A stretch of DNA of 64,000 nucleotides from Nitrospinaceae bacterium (GCA_029261575.1 JAJDBD010000049.1:6549-70548); one strand, 5' to 3'. Shown: positions 10,564-22,403, counted from the first letter of the stretch. The notes: a model not told the origin generated them from the letters alone. Program-made: numbers and translations.

Positions 10564-11898
10564 ATGAAACTGGATTCCGACCTGAACATCAAACTGGTAA
10601 AATTTAAGGCCGATCGGCGCGCCTGGTTCAGCTTCCTGTTCCTGTTTTCACTTTTCGCGATCACCCTGCCGGCGGAAATTCTTTGCAATGTCCGCCCCTT
10701 GGTCATGAGCGTGGACGGCAAATGGTATTTTCCTGTTTTTGTCGAGTACAGCGAAAAGGAGTTTGGCGGGAGCGCCGAGGCGGAGCCAGATTATCAGTCG
10801 CAAAGTTTTCGCAATTTGATCGAAGGCGTTTCCGCAGCCAATAAAAATTCCCCCAGCGTCGATTTAAGCGATTTTGAAAATGAAGAGCCTGCGCCGGAGG
10901 ATTCTTTCGGCTTTGGATTAGGATTGGGAGACTTTGAAGATACGGAAACCGCGTCGCCGAAGCGGGAAGTGGAGACGAAAATTGTTTTTTCTTTGACGCT
11001 TGAAGATTTTAATGAAGAGGACGCGCCCATTGCGAAGCCCGAAAATTCTGCTTCCCAATCAACCGCAGTCCAACGCCAACCAAGGGACGTCTGGATTCTT
11101 TGGCCTCCTGTTCGTTTTGATTACAAATACATTTCCACCGAGAGCCGGTCGGGACGCGAGGTCTTGGCTTCCCCTTTTGAAACCCGAAGCAAGATCGACA
11201 ACAGGGTTATCGTTTCTTCCAGAGTGGACGGGCATTACCTGGGGACGGACGACCGGGGACGCGACGTTCTAGCTCGCCTGATCTACGGGTTCAGAATATC
11301 GATGATCTTTGGGATTTCTCTGGCCATAAGCGGAACGCTGGTCGGTTGCCTTCTGGGCGGCGTTCAGGGTTATTTCGGCGGGTGGATCGATCTCATCGGC
11401 CAGCGCATCACGGAAATCTGGGGATCGATGCCTCGCCTGTTCATTTTGATCATCATCAGCTCCTTGCTGACCCGATCGGTCGTTGTCCTTTTCCTTGTGT
11501 TGAACCTGACCGCCTGGATGGGCATCGCCGCATACATCCGCGCCGAATTCCTAAAGGTACGGAATCTGGAATTTGTGAAAGCGGCCCGGGCCATGGGGGC
11601 GTCCGATTTTAAAATCATGCGCCGCCACATATTGCCCAACTCCCTCACCCCGGTGATCACATTTTTTCCTTTCGAGGTCACGGCGGGAATCCTGGCGCTG
11701 GTGAGCCTGGACTTTTTAAACCTGGGCGTTCCCAGTCCCGCTCCCAGCATCGGTGAGTTGCTCGCCCAGGGAAAGGCAAACCTGCAGGCGACCTGGATCA
11801 TTCTCCCCACCTTCGCGGTGTTGACGGCCACGCTCACCCTGCTCACTTTTGTCGGCGAAGGAATCCGCAATGCCTTCGATCCCAGAAAGGCGAGTTGA
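10564..11898 (+). CDS. yejE: Peptide ABC transporter permease (YejE-like) with an acidic periplasmic insertion
   Basis: 444 aa. DppC/YejE-type core (GTDDRGRDVLARLIYG, EAA loop FVKAARAMGASDFKIMRRHILPNS). About 85 extra acidic residues lie between the first TM helix and the VWILWPPVRF motif. Confidence 0.8.
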   Translation: MKLDSDLNIKLVKFKADRRAWFSFLFLFSLFAITLPAEILCNVRPLVMSVDGKWYFPVFVEYSEKEFGGSAEAEPDYQSQSFRNLIEGVSAANKNSPSVDLSDFENEEPAPEDSFGFGLGLGDFEDTETASPKREVETKIVFSLTLEDFNEEDAPIAKPENSASQSTAVQRQPRDVWILWPPVRFDYKYISTESRSGREVLASPFETRSKIDNRVIVSSRVDGHYLGTDDRGRDVLARLIYGFRISMIFGISLAISGTLVGCLLGGVQGYFGGWIDLIGQRITEIWGSMPRLFILIIISSLLTRSVVVLFLVLNLTAWMGIAAYIRAEFLKVRNLEFVKAARAMGASDFKIMRRHILPNSLTPVITFFPFEVTAGILALVSLDFLNLGVPSPAPSIGELLAQGKANLQATWIILPTFAVLTATLTLLTFVGEGIRNAFDPRKAS

Positions 11899-11902
11899 TT
11901 AA

Positions 11903-13912
11903 ATGTTGTTAAACGTCGAAGACCTCCGTACCTACTTTCGCGTTCCTCCGAACCAGACGGCAAAAGCGGTGGACGGAATTTCTCTGGAGCTGGAACTGGG
12001 TAAAACCCTGGCCCTGGTGGGGGAATCGGGGTGCGGCAAAACGCAGACGGCTTTTTCCATTATTCGGCTGATCGCCGACAATGGATACCATCCTTCGGGA
12101 AAAATCCGGTTCGGCGGTCAGGACATTTCCGCTCTCCCCGAAGAGGAAATGCAAGCCGTCCGCGGCAACGATATTTCCATGATCTTCCAGGAACCCATGA
12201 CGTCCCTCAACCCCCTGTACCGGGTGAGTAGTCAGTTGGAAGAGCCTCTCAGGATCCACAGGCAAATGACAAAGGGGGAAGCGCGGCAACGCGCCATGGA
12301 ATTGCTGGATAGGGTCGGCATTCCCGACCCTGAAAAACGGATCGACGATTTTCCGCATCAGCTTTCCGGCGGGATGAAGCAGAGGGCGATGATCGCCATG
12401 GCCCTGGCCTGCGAACCCAAACTTCTGATCGCAGACGAGCCGACCACGGCGCTGGACATGACCATCCAGGCACAGGTGCTGAAACTCATGGCCGATCTGC
12501 AAAAGCAAACCGGGATGAGCATTTTACTCATCACGCACGACCTGGGAATCGTGAATCAAATGGCGGACCGCATCGCCGTCATGTACGCGGGAAAGATTGT
12601 GGAAACGGGAACCCGCGAGCAAATTTTCAACAACATGGCGCACCCCTACACGCGGCGTTTGTTTGCGTCCATTCCCAAGCCCGGTCAATCGCAATTCTAT
12701 TTGAACACCATTCCGGGAATCGTTCCTTCGGCGACGGAGTATGGCGAGGGGTGCCTGTTCAGCGACCGATGTCATTGGGTGATGGACGTTTGCCGGACCC
12801 GGGACAGCCAAATGCACGCTTTGGACGAGGGGCACAAAACCGCCTGCCATCTTTACGAAACGCAAAAGACCCATGTTTCCTTGAACGAGCCTCTGGTTCC
12901 CGCTCCTCAAAAGAAAATAAGCGAAGATATTTTAATCAATATCAAATCGCTCAAAACCCATTTCCCGATTTATAAGGGCGTCTTAAAAAGAGTTTCAAAT
13001 TATATCAAGGCGGTGGACGACGTCGACCTGGAAATCAAATCCGGTTCCACCCTTGCTCTGGTTGGGGAATCGGGGTGCGGCAAGACCACGCTGGGCGAAT
13101 CGATTTTAAGATTGAACCGGGAAGCTTCGGGAGAAGTTATTTTTCGAGGCCAGGACGTCCTCAAATTGAAAACGGCTCAATTGAAGGCAATGCGCAGGCA
13201 TTTACAAATAGTTTTCCAGGACCCCTTTGGCTCCCTTTCGCCGCGCATGACGGTGGGGCAAATCGTGGGAGAAGGACTGGAGGTTCATCATCCCAAAATG
13301 GAAGCTCATGAACGGGAGGAAAAAATCCAGAAGGTATTAAAGGAGGTGGGACTTCCCCCTTCGACGACCAACAGATATCCGCATGAGTTTTCCGGGGGAC
13401 AGCGACAGAGAATCAGCATTGCGCGGGTTTTGATTCTGGAACCGGAATTCATTGTTCTGGACGAGCCGACCAGTGCGTTGGACGTTTCGGTTCAGGCGCA
13501 AATACTTAATTTACTACGCGCCCTTCAATACAAAAGGAATTTAACCTATTTGTTTATCACTCACAATTTAAGCGTAGTGGAATACCTTGCGGACGAGGCG
13601 GCCATCATGTACCTGGGCCGTGTGGTGGAGTACGCATCGGTCAAAGAACTCTTTGTCAATCCGCGCCACCCCTACACTCAAAACCTTTTGGCGTCCGTCC
13701 CGGACCTTGGCGAACGAAAACCGTTTGAAGCCATGGTCGGCGACGTGCCATCCCCACTCGACCCGCCATCGGGATGTTATTTTCATCCGCGGTGTCCGAT
13801 ATTTTTAGCGGAACAGGAAGGGTCGCCGTTGAGGAAAAAATGCCTTACCCTCTACCCGGAAAAAGTTCCCTCGCAAACCGGGTTTGCGGCTTGCCATGCG
13901 CTGAACGCATAA
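11903..13912 (+). CDS. yejF: Fused double ABC ATPase (YejF-like)
   Basis: 669 aa with two cassettes. Walker A GESGCGKT occurs twice; signatures are LSGGMKQR and FSGGQRQR; Walker B motifs are LLIADEPT and FIVLDEPT. Each cassette is followed by an oligopeptide-type HPYT C-terminal motif. Confidence 0.9.
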   Translation: MLLNVEDLRTYFRVPPNQTAKAVDGISLELELGKTLALVGESGCGKTQTAFSIIRLIADNGYHPSGKIRFGGQDISALPEEEMQAVRGNDISMIFQEPMTSLNPLYRVSSQLEEPLRIHRQMTKGEARQRAMELLDRVGIPDPEKRIDDFPHQLSGGMKQRAMIAMALACEPKLLIADEPTTALDMTIQAQVLKLMADLQKQTGMSILLITHDLGIVNQMADRIAVMYAGKIVETGTREQIFNNMAHPYTRRLFASIPKPGQSQFYLNTIPGIVPSATEYGEGCLFSDRCHWVMDVCRTRDSQMHALDEGHKTACHLYETQKTHVSLNEPLVPAPQKKISEDILINIKSLKTHFPIYKGVLKRVSNYIKAVDDVDLEIKSGSTLALVGESGCGKTTLGESILRLNREASGEVIFRGQDVLKLKTAQLKAMRRHLQIVFQDPFGSLSPRMTVGQIVGEGLEVHHPKMEAHEREEKIQKVLKEVGLPPSTTNRYPHEFSGGQRQRISIARVLILEPEFIVLDEPTSALDVSVQAQILNLLRALQYKRNLTYLFITHNLSVVEYLADEAAIMYLGRVVEYASVKELFVNPRHPYTQNLLASVPDLGERKPFEAMVGDVPSPLDPPSGCYFHPRCPIFLAEQEGSPLRKKCLTLYPEKVPSQTGFAACHALNA

Positions 13913-13975
13913 TTTTTTCCGCCAGATCAAAATATTGGTTACAATTTTAGTTCGGAACCTTAAAAAACAAATCTT

Positions 13976-14656
13976 ATGAAATTTTTTATTTCATTGATAC
14001 CGGCAGCCCTTGTTCTGATCGTTCTTTTTTCGTCCCCTGCGTTGGCGCAGGAAACGGATGAAATCGACGCTCTGGTTGAAGAACTTCAACAGGACCCTAA
14101 CGACGCGGATAAGCAGGCGTTGCTGGGCGTCCTGTATCTAAATTCCGGAGATTATCAAAAGTCCGTCGCGCCGTTGCAACAGGCGTTGACCCTCAAACCC
14201 GATAGGGCGCGCGTTCATTTTTATCTTGGACTGGCCTACGGGGCGCTTGGCTCGCATCAGAAAAAACTGGAAGAATTCAAAGAAAGCATTCGCCTGGACC
14301 CAGAGTATTCCCCCGCGCACTTTAAAATGGGGGTCGCTTTGGCCTCTGGGTTGCGCCATCAGGAAGCGGTCATCCACTTTAATAAGGCGCTATCGTTAAG
14401 CCCTCATCATTCCAAAACCCGATATTTCCTCGCGCTTTCCCTATACCAGTCGCATCGTTACATGGAAGCCATTCCCCATTTGGAGGCGGCGATAGATTTA
14501 CGACCCAACTTGGCCGAGGCCCATCATTTGCTCACGCTGTGCTATATAAAGCTGGAGCGTTTTAAAAAATCCGTCGATCCCCTGAAAACGTTCATCCGGT
14601 TAAAAGCCTCTGGAGACCTGGGGGTTCTCCGCAACCATTCCGCTTCTTTAAAATAA
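13976..14656 (+). CDS. Secreted tetratricopeptide-repeat protein
   Basis: 226 aa with signal peptide MKFFISLIPAALVLIVLFSSPALA, followed by consecutive 34-aa TPR-like units (e.g. LGVLYLNSGDYQKSVAPLQQALTLKPD, YLGLAYGALGSHQKKLEEFKESIRLDPE). Confidence 0.7.
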   Translation: MKFFISLIPAALVLIVLFSSPALAQETDEIDALVEELQQDPNDADKQALLGVLYLNSGDYQKSVAPLQQALTLKPDRARVHFYLGLAYGALGSHQKKLEEFKESIRLDPEYSPAHFKMGVALASGLRHQEAVIHFNKALSLSPHHSKTRYFLALSLYQSHRYMEAIPHLEAAIDLRPNLAEAHHLLTLCYIKLERFKKSVDPLKTFIRLKASGDLGVLRNHSASLK

Positions 14657-14768
14657 AACGCCCTCCAAGTTTTTTTTTGGCCCCACGGCCCTTTAAAAAA
14701 GTCCCAAAGGTATTATATTAAGTAGAAGAGCTTTAAGTTTCGTTTTACCGGAGCAGGAGGCTAATATC

Positions 14769-15635
14769 ATGAATGTCTTATATCCTCTGGCCAAACGCTA
14801 TATCGCGGGGGAAGACCTTCCCACGGCGTTACGTTCCATAAAATTCCTCAACCAATCCGGTTACCTTTCTTCAATAGACGTCCTCGGCGAGAATACAACG
14901 AATCCGCTCCAGGCCGAGAGCGCCATGGGCGAATACATCCAGATTTTGAAACAGGCCGAAGCCTTTCCCTTTCCGCTGGATTTATCTCTCAAGGTCACTC
15001 AGATGGGTTTGGATATCGACAGGGATTTATGCAAAAAAAATATTGAGGAAATATTGAATTCGGCCAACCAGCACACGGTTCGCCTGGACATGGAAGGTTC
15101 GGACTACACTCAAAGGACTTTGGATTTATGCATTGAGCTTCATAAAACCCACAAGCGTCTGGGGCAGGCGGTGCAGGCTTATTTACACAGGACGCAACAG
15201 GATATGGAGGAATTGATTCATCAGGGAATTTCGGTCCGGCTCTGCAAAGGCGCATACAAAGAACCGCCGGAGCGCGCCCTGCAATCGATGGACGACGTCC
15301 AGGAGAATTTCAAAAGACTTTCTTTCACGCTTTTAAAAGAAGGCTTCATTCCGGCCATCGCCACTCACGACGAGTATTTGATCCAGGAAATTTTAAACTT
15401 TGCCAAGCGGGAAAAAATCGACGCGCGCTCCTTTTATTTTGAAATGCTGTACGGGGTGGCCAGGGACCTGCAAAAACTCCTTCTGGACAAAGGTTTTCAG
15501 GTAAGAATCTACGTGCCCTATGGAAAGTCCTGGTTGCCTTACACTTTAAGAAGACTGGCGGAGCGGAAGGAAAATATCTTGTTCGTGCTTGGCAATCTTT
15601 TTAAGGAAACATTTGGATTGAGAAAACTGCATTGA
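14769..15635 (+). CDS. Proline dehydrogenase family protein (monofunctional PRODH-like)
   Basis: 288 aa. N-terminal RYIAGEDLPTAL...IDVLGE and C-terminal RIYVPYGKSWLPYTLRRLAERKEN motifs are typical of stand-alone proline dehydrogenases. Confidence 0.75.
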   Translation: MNVLYPLAKRYIAGEDLPTALRSIKFLNQSGYLSSIDVLGENTTNPLQAESAMGEYIQILKQAEAFPFPLDLSLKVTQMGLDIDRDLCKKNIEEILNSANQHTVRLDMEGSDYTQRTLDLCIELHKTHKRLGQAVQAYLHRTQQDMEELIHQGISVRLCKGAYKEPPERALQSMDDVQENFKRLSFTLLKEGFIPAIATHDEYLIQEILNFAKREKIDARSFYFEMLYGVARDLQKLLLDKGFQVRIYVPYGKSWLPYTLRRLAERKENILFVLGNLFKETFGLRKLH

Positions 15636-15673
15636 CGAACAACTGAATTTTTCGGGATTTTTCCAGCGCCCCG

Positions 15674-15937
15674 TTAATCATCGTCGTCGTCGTCCTCATC
15701 GTCGTCGTGGATCAAATCGTCCAAATTAAACTGCGCCCGGCATTGCCAACTGCGCATGTCGATGTATAAATCGACTTCGTCAAATTTAGGTTCAAAGGAT
15801 TCCAGCGTTTTTACGGACAGTCCGGCGGCTTCAATTTTTTTATACGATTCATCCCATTCCCCCTGTTCGCCAAATTCAATGACGACGTATAATCTATTCA
15901 CGGCGCGAAAGCCAAGAATATAACGTTGATCGGCCAT
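15674..15937 (-). CDS. Small hypothetical protein with poly-Asp/Glu C-terminal tail
   Basis: 87 aa. The ATG lies 3 nt after the lipA stop, and a GGAG sits inside the lipA 3' end. The C-terminus is HDDDEDDDDDD. No family recognised. Confidence 0.5.
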   Translation of the reverse strand: MADQRYILGFRAVNRLYVVIEFGEQGEWDESYKKIEAAGLSVKTLESFEPKFDEVDLYIDMRSWQCRAQFNLDDLIHDDDEDDDDDD

Positions 15938-15940
15938 TTT

Positions 15941-16894
15941 TTACTCCACTAGAATTCCGGCGGACCGCGCTTGCCGATCCGCCCTGAAAGAACTTCGAAC
16001 CAGAGGCCCGGCCTCCACGTGATCAAACCCCATCGCCTCGCCAATTGTCTTATAATCCGCAAACATCGCGGGAGAAATAAACTCGACCACCCTCATATGT
16101 TTCCGGGAGGGCCTTAAATACTGGCCCAGGGATAAAATGTTGCATCCGACGGAGAGTAAATCTTTCATGGTTTGCAACACTTCGGTTTTCTTTTCGCCCA
16201 GGCCTAGCATGAGTCCGCTTTTTGTAATCAATCCAAAACTGCCCGCGGCGGTTTCCAGCGCATTGAGCGACCAGGAATATTTGCTTTGCGGCCTGGCCCA
16301 GGATTGGAGCGATTCGACGGTTTCGATATTATGAGCCAGAACGTCTGGCCGGGCGTCGCAAACTGTTTTTAAATTTTTTTGGTTCCCACGGAAATCGGGA
16401 ATCAACGCCTCTACTTTGAGTCCATCGCAGCGCTCTCGAATTGCGTTCAGGGTTTTTGCCCAATGATCGGCCCCGCCGTCGGCAAGGTCGTCGCGGTCCA
16501 CGGAGGTAATCACCGCATAGCGAAGGTTGAGTTGAGACAAAATACCGGCCACGCTTTCCGGTTCGTCCGGAGAAGGCGGCGTCAACCCACCGGTGGGAAC
16601 GTCGCAAAAGCGGCAGGCGCGCGAACAGGAATCCCCAAGAATCATCAGGGTCAGGGTTCCGGCGTCCCAGCACTGCCCAATATTCGGACAGGAAGCAGAT
16701 TCGCAAACCGTGTTCAGACGAGACTTTTCCACCAGCGCGCGCAGTCTAAAATAGTTTTCCTCTTTGGGTAGCGAGGTTTTAAGCCACTCCGGCAGACGGA
16801 CAATTTTATTGTCGGCGCTTTGTTTTTCGTTAACCATTTTATGGACGGTAGAAGCTATAATTAGATTTAGAATGCCAGCAATCAAACGGGTCAA
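15941..16894 (-). CDS. lipA: Lipoyl synthase
   Basis: Radical-SAM box CSRACRFC, auxiliary cluster motif CPNIGQCW and RLPEWLK near the N-terminus. The track start at 16894 is TTG; an in-frame ATG at 16837 (MVNEKQ...) is an equally plausible start. Confidence 0.93.
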   Translation of the reverse strand: MTRLIAGILNLIIASTVHKMVNEKQSADNKIVRLPEWLKTSLPKEENYFRLRALVEKSRLNTVCESASCPNIGQCWDAGTLTLMILGDSCSRACRFCDVPTGGLTPPSPDEPESVAGILSQLNLRYAVITSVDRDDLADGGADHWAKTLNAIRERCDGLKVEALIPDFRGNQKNLKTVCDARPDVLAHNIETVESLQSWARPQSKYSWSLNALETAAGSFGLITKSGLMLGLGEKKTEVLQTMKDLLSVGCNILSLGQYLRPSRKHMRVVEFISPAMFADYKTIGEAMGFDHVEAGPLVRSSFRADRQARSAGILVE

Positions 16895-17001
16895 AACCCC
16901 GACTTATTGAAACCGCAAAGCAGTATAGATTAAGTGGTTGAGAAACAGAATTTTTTTGTCAGCCGCCAAAAAAAAAATTCATAGGGTTACGATTTAAAAT
17001 A

Positions 17002-18297
17002 ATGCGCATTATCAACAGATATATATTAACCGAGCTGTTTAAAATATTTTTTATCAGCGCCGGATTCCTCACCGCCTTATTGTACATGGATAAAATTCTG
17101 TACCTGACGGAGTTGATCATCAACCGGGGGGCGTCGTTGTTCGAGGTTTTTCGGATGATATTGTATATTTCGCCGGCGTTTTTGGCCCTCACCATCCCCA
17201 TCAGCGTACTGGTGGCCTCTGTGGCGACGTTCAATCAGTTTTCGGCGGACAACGAATGGGTGGCCATGAAGGGAAACGGTTGGAGCTTCCTGGATCTGAT
17301 GAAACCGGTTTTATATTTTTCCCTGGTCGCCTACCTGTTCACAAACATTATAATGATACACGCCCTGCCCTGGGGCAACCAATCCTTTAAAAAATTAATC
17401 TATGATATTGTCCAAAAACGCGCCAGCTTTGAAATCAAACCGAACGTCTTCAACAAAGACTTTGACAACCTCATGGTCCTGGTCAAGAAAAAGGAAAAGG
17501 GCGAAATCTTAAAGGACATATTTATTTCCGACGCCACGGTTTCCGACAGTCCCAAAATCATCGTCGCGGAAGAAGGCGTGGTAATATCCAATCCGGATCT
17601 ACTCAAAATCCAGTTGCAATTAAAAAACGGGGCCATTCACGACCTGGGCGAAAAAAGGAATAATTACAAGTTGATGAATTTTGAGCGCTATGATCTAACG
17701 CTGGACCTGCCCAATACGGAGCGCCTGCAAAAAAAAGCTTTGGTGGGGAACCGCGAACTTTCCATCAAACAATTGCTGAACAAGATTGAAGGCGCGCAAC
17801 TCGAAGGTAGAACGGATTACCCCGCGCAGGTGGAATTGAGCAAAAAATTATCGATCCCGTTCACCTGTTTAATCTTCGGATTTTTTGGCGCGCCGCTCGG
17901 GATCAAATCCAGCCGCTCGGGCAAATCGGGAAGTTATGCCATCGCCGCCGCGGCCATCGGCGTCTATTACATAGGCTTTGTTTCCGCGCAGAACCTGGGA
18001 AGCATTGGCAAACTGGATCCCTATTTTTCCGTATGGATCCCCAACATTATTTACCTTGCCCTAATGATCTACATGGTTTACAAAATGCAAAGGGAGATTC
18101 CCTTCAAATGGTTGAACAAGATGGGAGATTTTTTTCAAAGCCTGTATGAGTTTTTTCAAAACCTGACTTCCAAAATCGGCGCATTGGAAGCCGCGCCGAG
18201 TCCCGGCGCCAGTCGCCGTTTGGGAGCGGAGAAAAACTTGTCCGCGCTCACAAAAAGTGGAAAAATAAAGACGGGCAAACAATCCAATCATCCCTGA
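17002..18297 (+). CDS. LptF/LptG-family (YjgP/YjgQ) LPS export permease
   Basis: 431 aa. Typical N-terminus MRIINRYILTELFKIFFISAGFLTAL, multiple TM segments and a large periplasmic loop. Whether it is LptF or LptG cannot be decided. Confidence 0.8.
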   Translation: MRIINRYILTELFKIFFISAGFLTALLYMDKILYLTELIINRGASLFEVFRMILYISPAFLALTIPISVLVASVATFNQFSADNEWVAMKGNGWSFLDLMKPVLYFSLVAYLFTNIIMIHALPWGNQSFKKLIYDIVQKRASFEIKPNVFNKDFDNLMVLVKKKEKGEILKDIFISDATVSDSPKIIVAEEGVVISNPDLLKIQLQLKNGAIHDLGEKRNNYKLMNFERYDLTLDLPNTERLQKKALVGNRELSIKQLLNKIEGAQLEGRTDYPAQVELSKKLSIPFTCLIFGFFGAPLGIKSSRSGKSGSYAIAAAAIGVYYIGFVSAQNLGSIGKLDPYFSVWIPNIIYLALMIYMVYKMQREIPFKWLNKMGDFFQSLYEFFQNLTSKIGALEAAPSPGASRRLGAEKNLSALTKSGKIKTGKQSNHP

Positions 18298-18316
18298 CAC
18301 GCGAAAGGCTCACATT

Positions 18317-18772
18317 ATGAAAACGGCTCGGGACATCATGACGTCGTCGGTGGCGACCATCCGCAAGGAAGCGACCATAAAGGAACTTTCCGATCTTTTC
18401 ATTCAACACGAAGTCAATGGAATTCCAGTGGTGGACGAGGACAACCGGGTCATTGGATTGGTGACCGAAGGCGATTTGATCGAGCAAAGCAAAAACCTCC
18501 ATATCCCCACGGTCATTTCCGTATTCGACGCCGTCATTTATCTCGAAAGCGAAAACGTTTTTAAGGACGATCTCAAACGTCTCACGGCGGCAAAAGTAGA
18601 AGACATATATACAAAAAAAGTCGTCATGGTAACCCCGGATACTCCCGTGGAAGAATGCGCCGCGCTCATGGCCAACAACGACATTCACACCTTGCCGGTT
18701 GTGGAAAACGAAAAACTTGTCGGAGTGATCGGCAAACTGGACCTGATAAAAGCCCTGGCTCAAGGTCAATGA
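18317..18772 (+). CDS. CBS-pair domain protein
   Basis: 151 aa with two CBS motifs (ARDIMTSSVATI...VNGIPVVDEDNRVIGLVTEGDL; VEDIYTKKVVMVTPDT...IHTLPVVENEKLVGVIGKLDL). Confidence 0.8.
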   Translation: MKTARDIMTSSVATIRKEATIKELSDLFIQHEVNGIPVVDEDNRVIGLVTEGDLIEQSKNLHIPTVISVFDAVIYLESENVFKDDLKRLTAAKVEDIYTKKVVMVTPDTPVEECAALMANNDIHTLPVVENEKLVGVIGKLDLIKALAQGQ

Positions 18773-18825
18773 ACTGGAGTTTTTGACTTTGGGACGATGG
18801 GTCTTTTTCTTGGAAGACTTTCGTT

Positions 18826-19929
18826 ATGATTGCCAAACCGCCTAAATATTCTTTCCTCACGCTGATTCTTTTTTTTCTTTTATTTAATTCAACTTTGGCT
18901 CCCGCCCAAACGGCAACCGGGAAAAAAGGCGTTTCGCCGCAGTTGGCCGCAGAATTCATTCATTCCGTTATTCAAGCCGACCGCACCATTTACTCTGAAT
19001 ACATCGTAGAGCGGCTTTCCAAAACCATCGGATTACACGCCGTTGAGGACTGGCGGGAGAAGGACGCCCTCATGCTTCCCGCCCAGTTTTTATCCCAATC
19101 CGCCGAGCTCGCCAACAAACGAAACACGGGCATGTCTTATCGCCTGATAAGTTCCTGGCCGATCAATAAAAATAACGGACCGACGTCAGAGTTTGAAAAG
19201 GAGGGATTAAAAAAAATCCTGACCAACAACAACGCTCCCCACTCTAAAATTGTAAATTCTGACGGCAAAAATTTTTACGAGGTCGTCTATCCTGATTTGG
19301 CGGTGACCCATTCCTGCGTCGAATGCCACAACAACCATCCCGAAAGTCCTAAAAAAGATTTCAAGGTTGGCGACGTCGTGGGGGGCATTCACATAAAGTT
19401 GCCGCTGGAAAATTCGAGGGACGAGTCGCCGGAAGGCGGCTATATGCTGGAGGGCTCGGTGGTGGCTGATTACGTTCACTCCATTTTGGAGTCTGATCGC
19501 ACGGTCTATTCAAAATATATTGTCAATCGACTGCAAAACAAAAACGTGCTGTTCGCTTCTGAAAACTGGTGGGAAGAAAACGCTCTATTATTGCCGGCGC
19601 AGTTTCTTTTAAACGCCTCTGGAGTGATAAAAAACTTTCGCCTGGGTCTGGATTTCCGGCTCATCAGCCTTTGGCCCATCAATCCCCATAATGCAGCGGC
19701 GAACGAATTTGAAAGCGCGGGGCTGAAATCAGTCATTGCGGAGCCGGAAAAACCTTACGTCGGAAACATCAAGATAGGAAACGCAGAATACTTCCAGGCC
19801 GTATATTCCGACCGGGCCGTGACCCCCACCTGCGTTTCTTGTCACAACGCTCATCCCAACAGCATAAAGCGCGATTTCAAAATGAACGACGTCATGGGCG
19901 GAATCGTGGTGACCCTTCCGATCAATTGA
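18826..19929 (+). CDS. Secreted protein with two tandem DUF3365-like (Tll0287-like) haem-c modules
   Basis: 367 aa with a signal peptide. Two about 155-aa internal repeats each end in CxxCH...DFK.GDV.GGI..LP (CVECH at nt 19315-19329, CVSCH at nt 19831-19845). Confidence 0.6.
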   Translation: MIAKPPKYSFLTLILFFLLFNSTLAPAQTATGKKGVSPQLAAEFIHSVIQADRTIYSEYIVERLSKTIGLHAVEDWREKDALMLPAQFLSQSAELANKRNTGMSYRLISSWPINKNNGPTSEFEKEGLKKILTNNNAPHSKIVNSDGKNFYEVVYPDLAVTHSCVECHNNHPESPKKDFKVGDVVGGIHIKLPLENSRDESPEGGYMLEGSVVADYVHSILESDRTVYSKYIVNRLQNKNVLFASENWWEENALLLPAQFLLNASGVIKNFRLGLDFRLISLWPINPHNAAANEFESAGLKSVIAEPEKPYVGNIKIGNAEYFQAVYSDRAVTPTCVSCHNAHPNSIKRDFKMNDVMGGIVVTLPIN

Positions 19930-19955
19930 TCCCCCTTGTATCGGCTGGCCCGGAT

Positions 19956-21617
<1,662 letters not shown>

Positions 21618-21629
21618 TCAACAACGGCG

Positions 21630-22403
21630 TTAAAAATATTTAAGGACTTTTGCGATATCCTCCGGGCAATCCACTCCAATAGAATGCCGGTCGGTTTTTA
21701 CCATCTTGATCGGGATCCCGTTTTCCAGCAAACGCAACTGCTCCAGCTTTTCGATAGATTCCAGACAGGATGGAGGCAATTCGCAAAAGGTCTGGAGACA
21801 CTCGCTCGAATAAGCGTACAACCCGATGTGTTGAAAGTTATTCGAATAATCCAGACCGCGACTTCCCTGGGAATGGTTTGAAAAAATTTTCTCCCAGGAA
21901 TCCCGATGAAATGGAATCGGCGCCCTGGAAAAATACAAGGCGAATCCGTTTTGATCCGCGACAACTTTGCAGACGTTGGGATCCAGCAAATCTTCGACAC
22001 TTGCAATGGGCGTCATCAAAGTGGAAACCCTGAGTTGCGGGTCGTCCAAAAAAGGCTCTATCGCCAAGTCCACGTTTTCCGGCGGAATGGCAGGCTCGTC
22101 TCCCTGAACGTTGACCACGATCTGGCAATCCAGCGACCGCGCCGCCTCGGCGACCCGGTCGGTTCCCGATAAATGTTCCGGGGAGGTCATCACCACTTTT
22201 CCGCCAAAGCCGGTCACCTCCGCAACGATTCTTTCATCGTCTGTGGCCACGATAACTTCGGAAACGCGCCGGGCGCGGGCAACCTGCTCCACCACCCTGC
22301 GGACCATGGATTTCCCCGAAATATCCGCCAACGGCTTTCCGGGAAACCGCGACGATTCCCAACGCGCGGGTATCACCGCAACCGCTCTGGGTTCAGTAGG
22401 CAT
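21630..22403 (-). CDS. kdsB: 3-deoxy-manno-octulosonate cytidylyltransferase
   Basis: 257 aa with AVIPARWESSRFPGKPL N-terminal motif, VVNVQGDEP and the CMP-KDO synthetase layout. Overlaps the upstream gene by 11 nt. Confidence 0.9.
   Translation of the reverse strand: MPTEPRAVAVIPARWESSRFPGKPLADISGKSMVRRVVEQVARARRVSEVIVATDDERIVAEVTGFGGKVVMTSPEHLSGTDRVAEAARSLDCQIVVNVQGDEPAIPPENVDLAIEPFLDDPQLRVSTLMTPIASVEDLLDPNVCKVVADQNGFALYFSRAPIPFHRDSWEKIFSNHSQGSRGLDYSNNFQHIGLYAYSSECLQTFCELPPSCLESIEKLEQLRLLENGIPIKMVKTDRHSIGVDCPEDIAKVLKYF

Noticed and set aside
15677-15709. GTC/GAC trinucleotide run, considered as a non-coding microsatellite.
   Set aside because: It is in frame and encodes the poly-Asp/Glu tail of ORF 15674..15937.
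16951-16977. T7-N10-A10 inverted homopolymer pair in the lipA / lptF-G divergent spacer.
   Set aside because: A pure A:T stem would be very weak. It is more likely just AT-rich promoter DNA.
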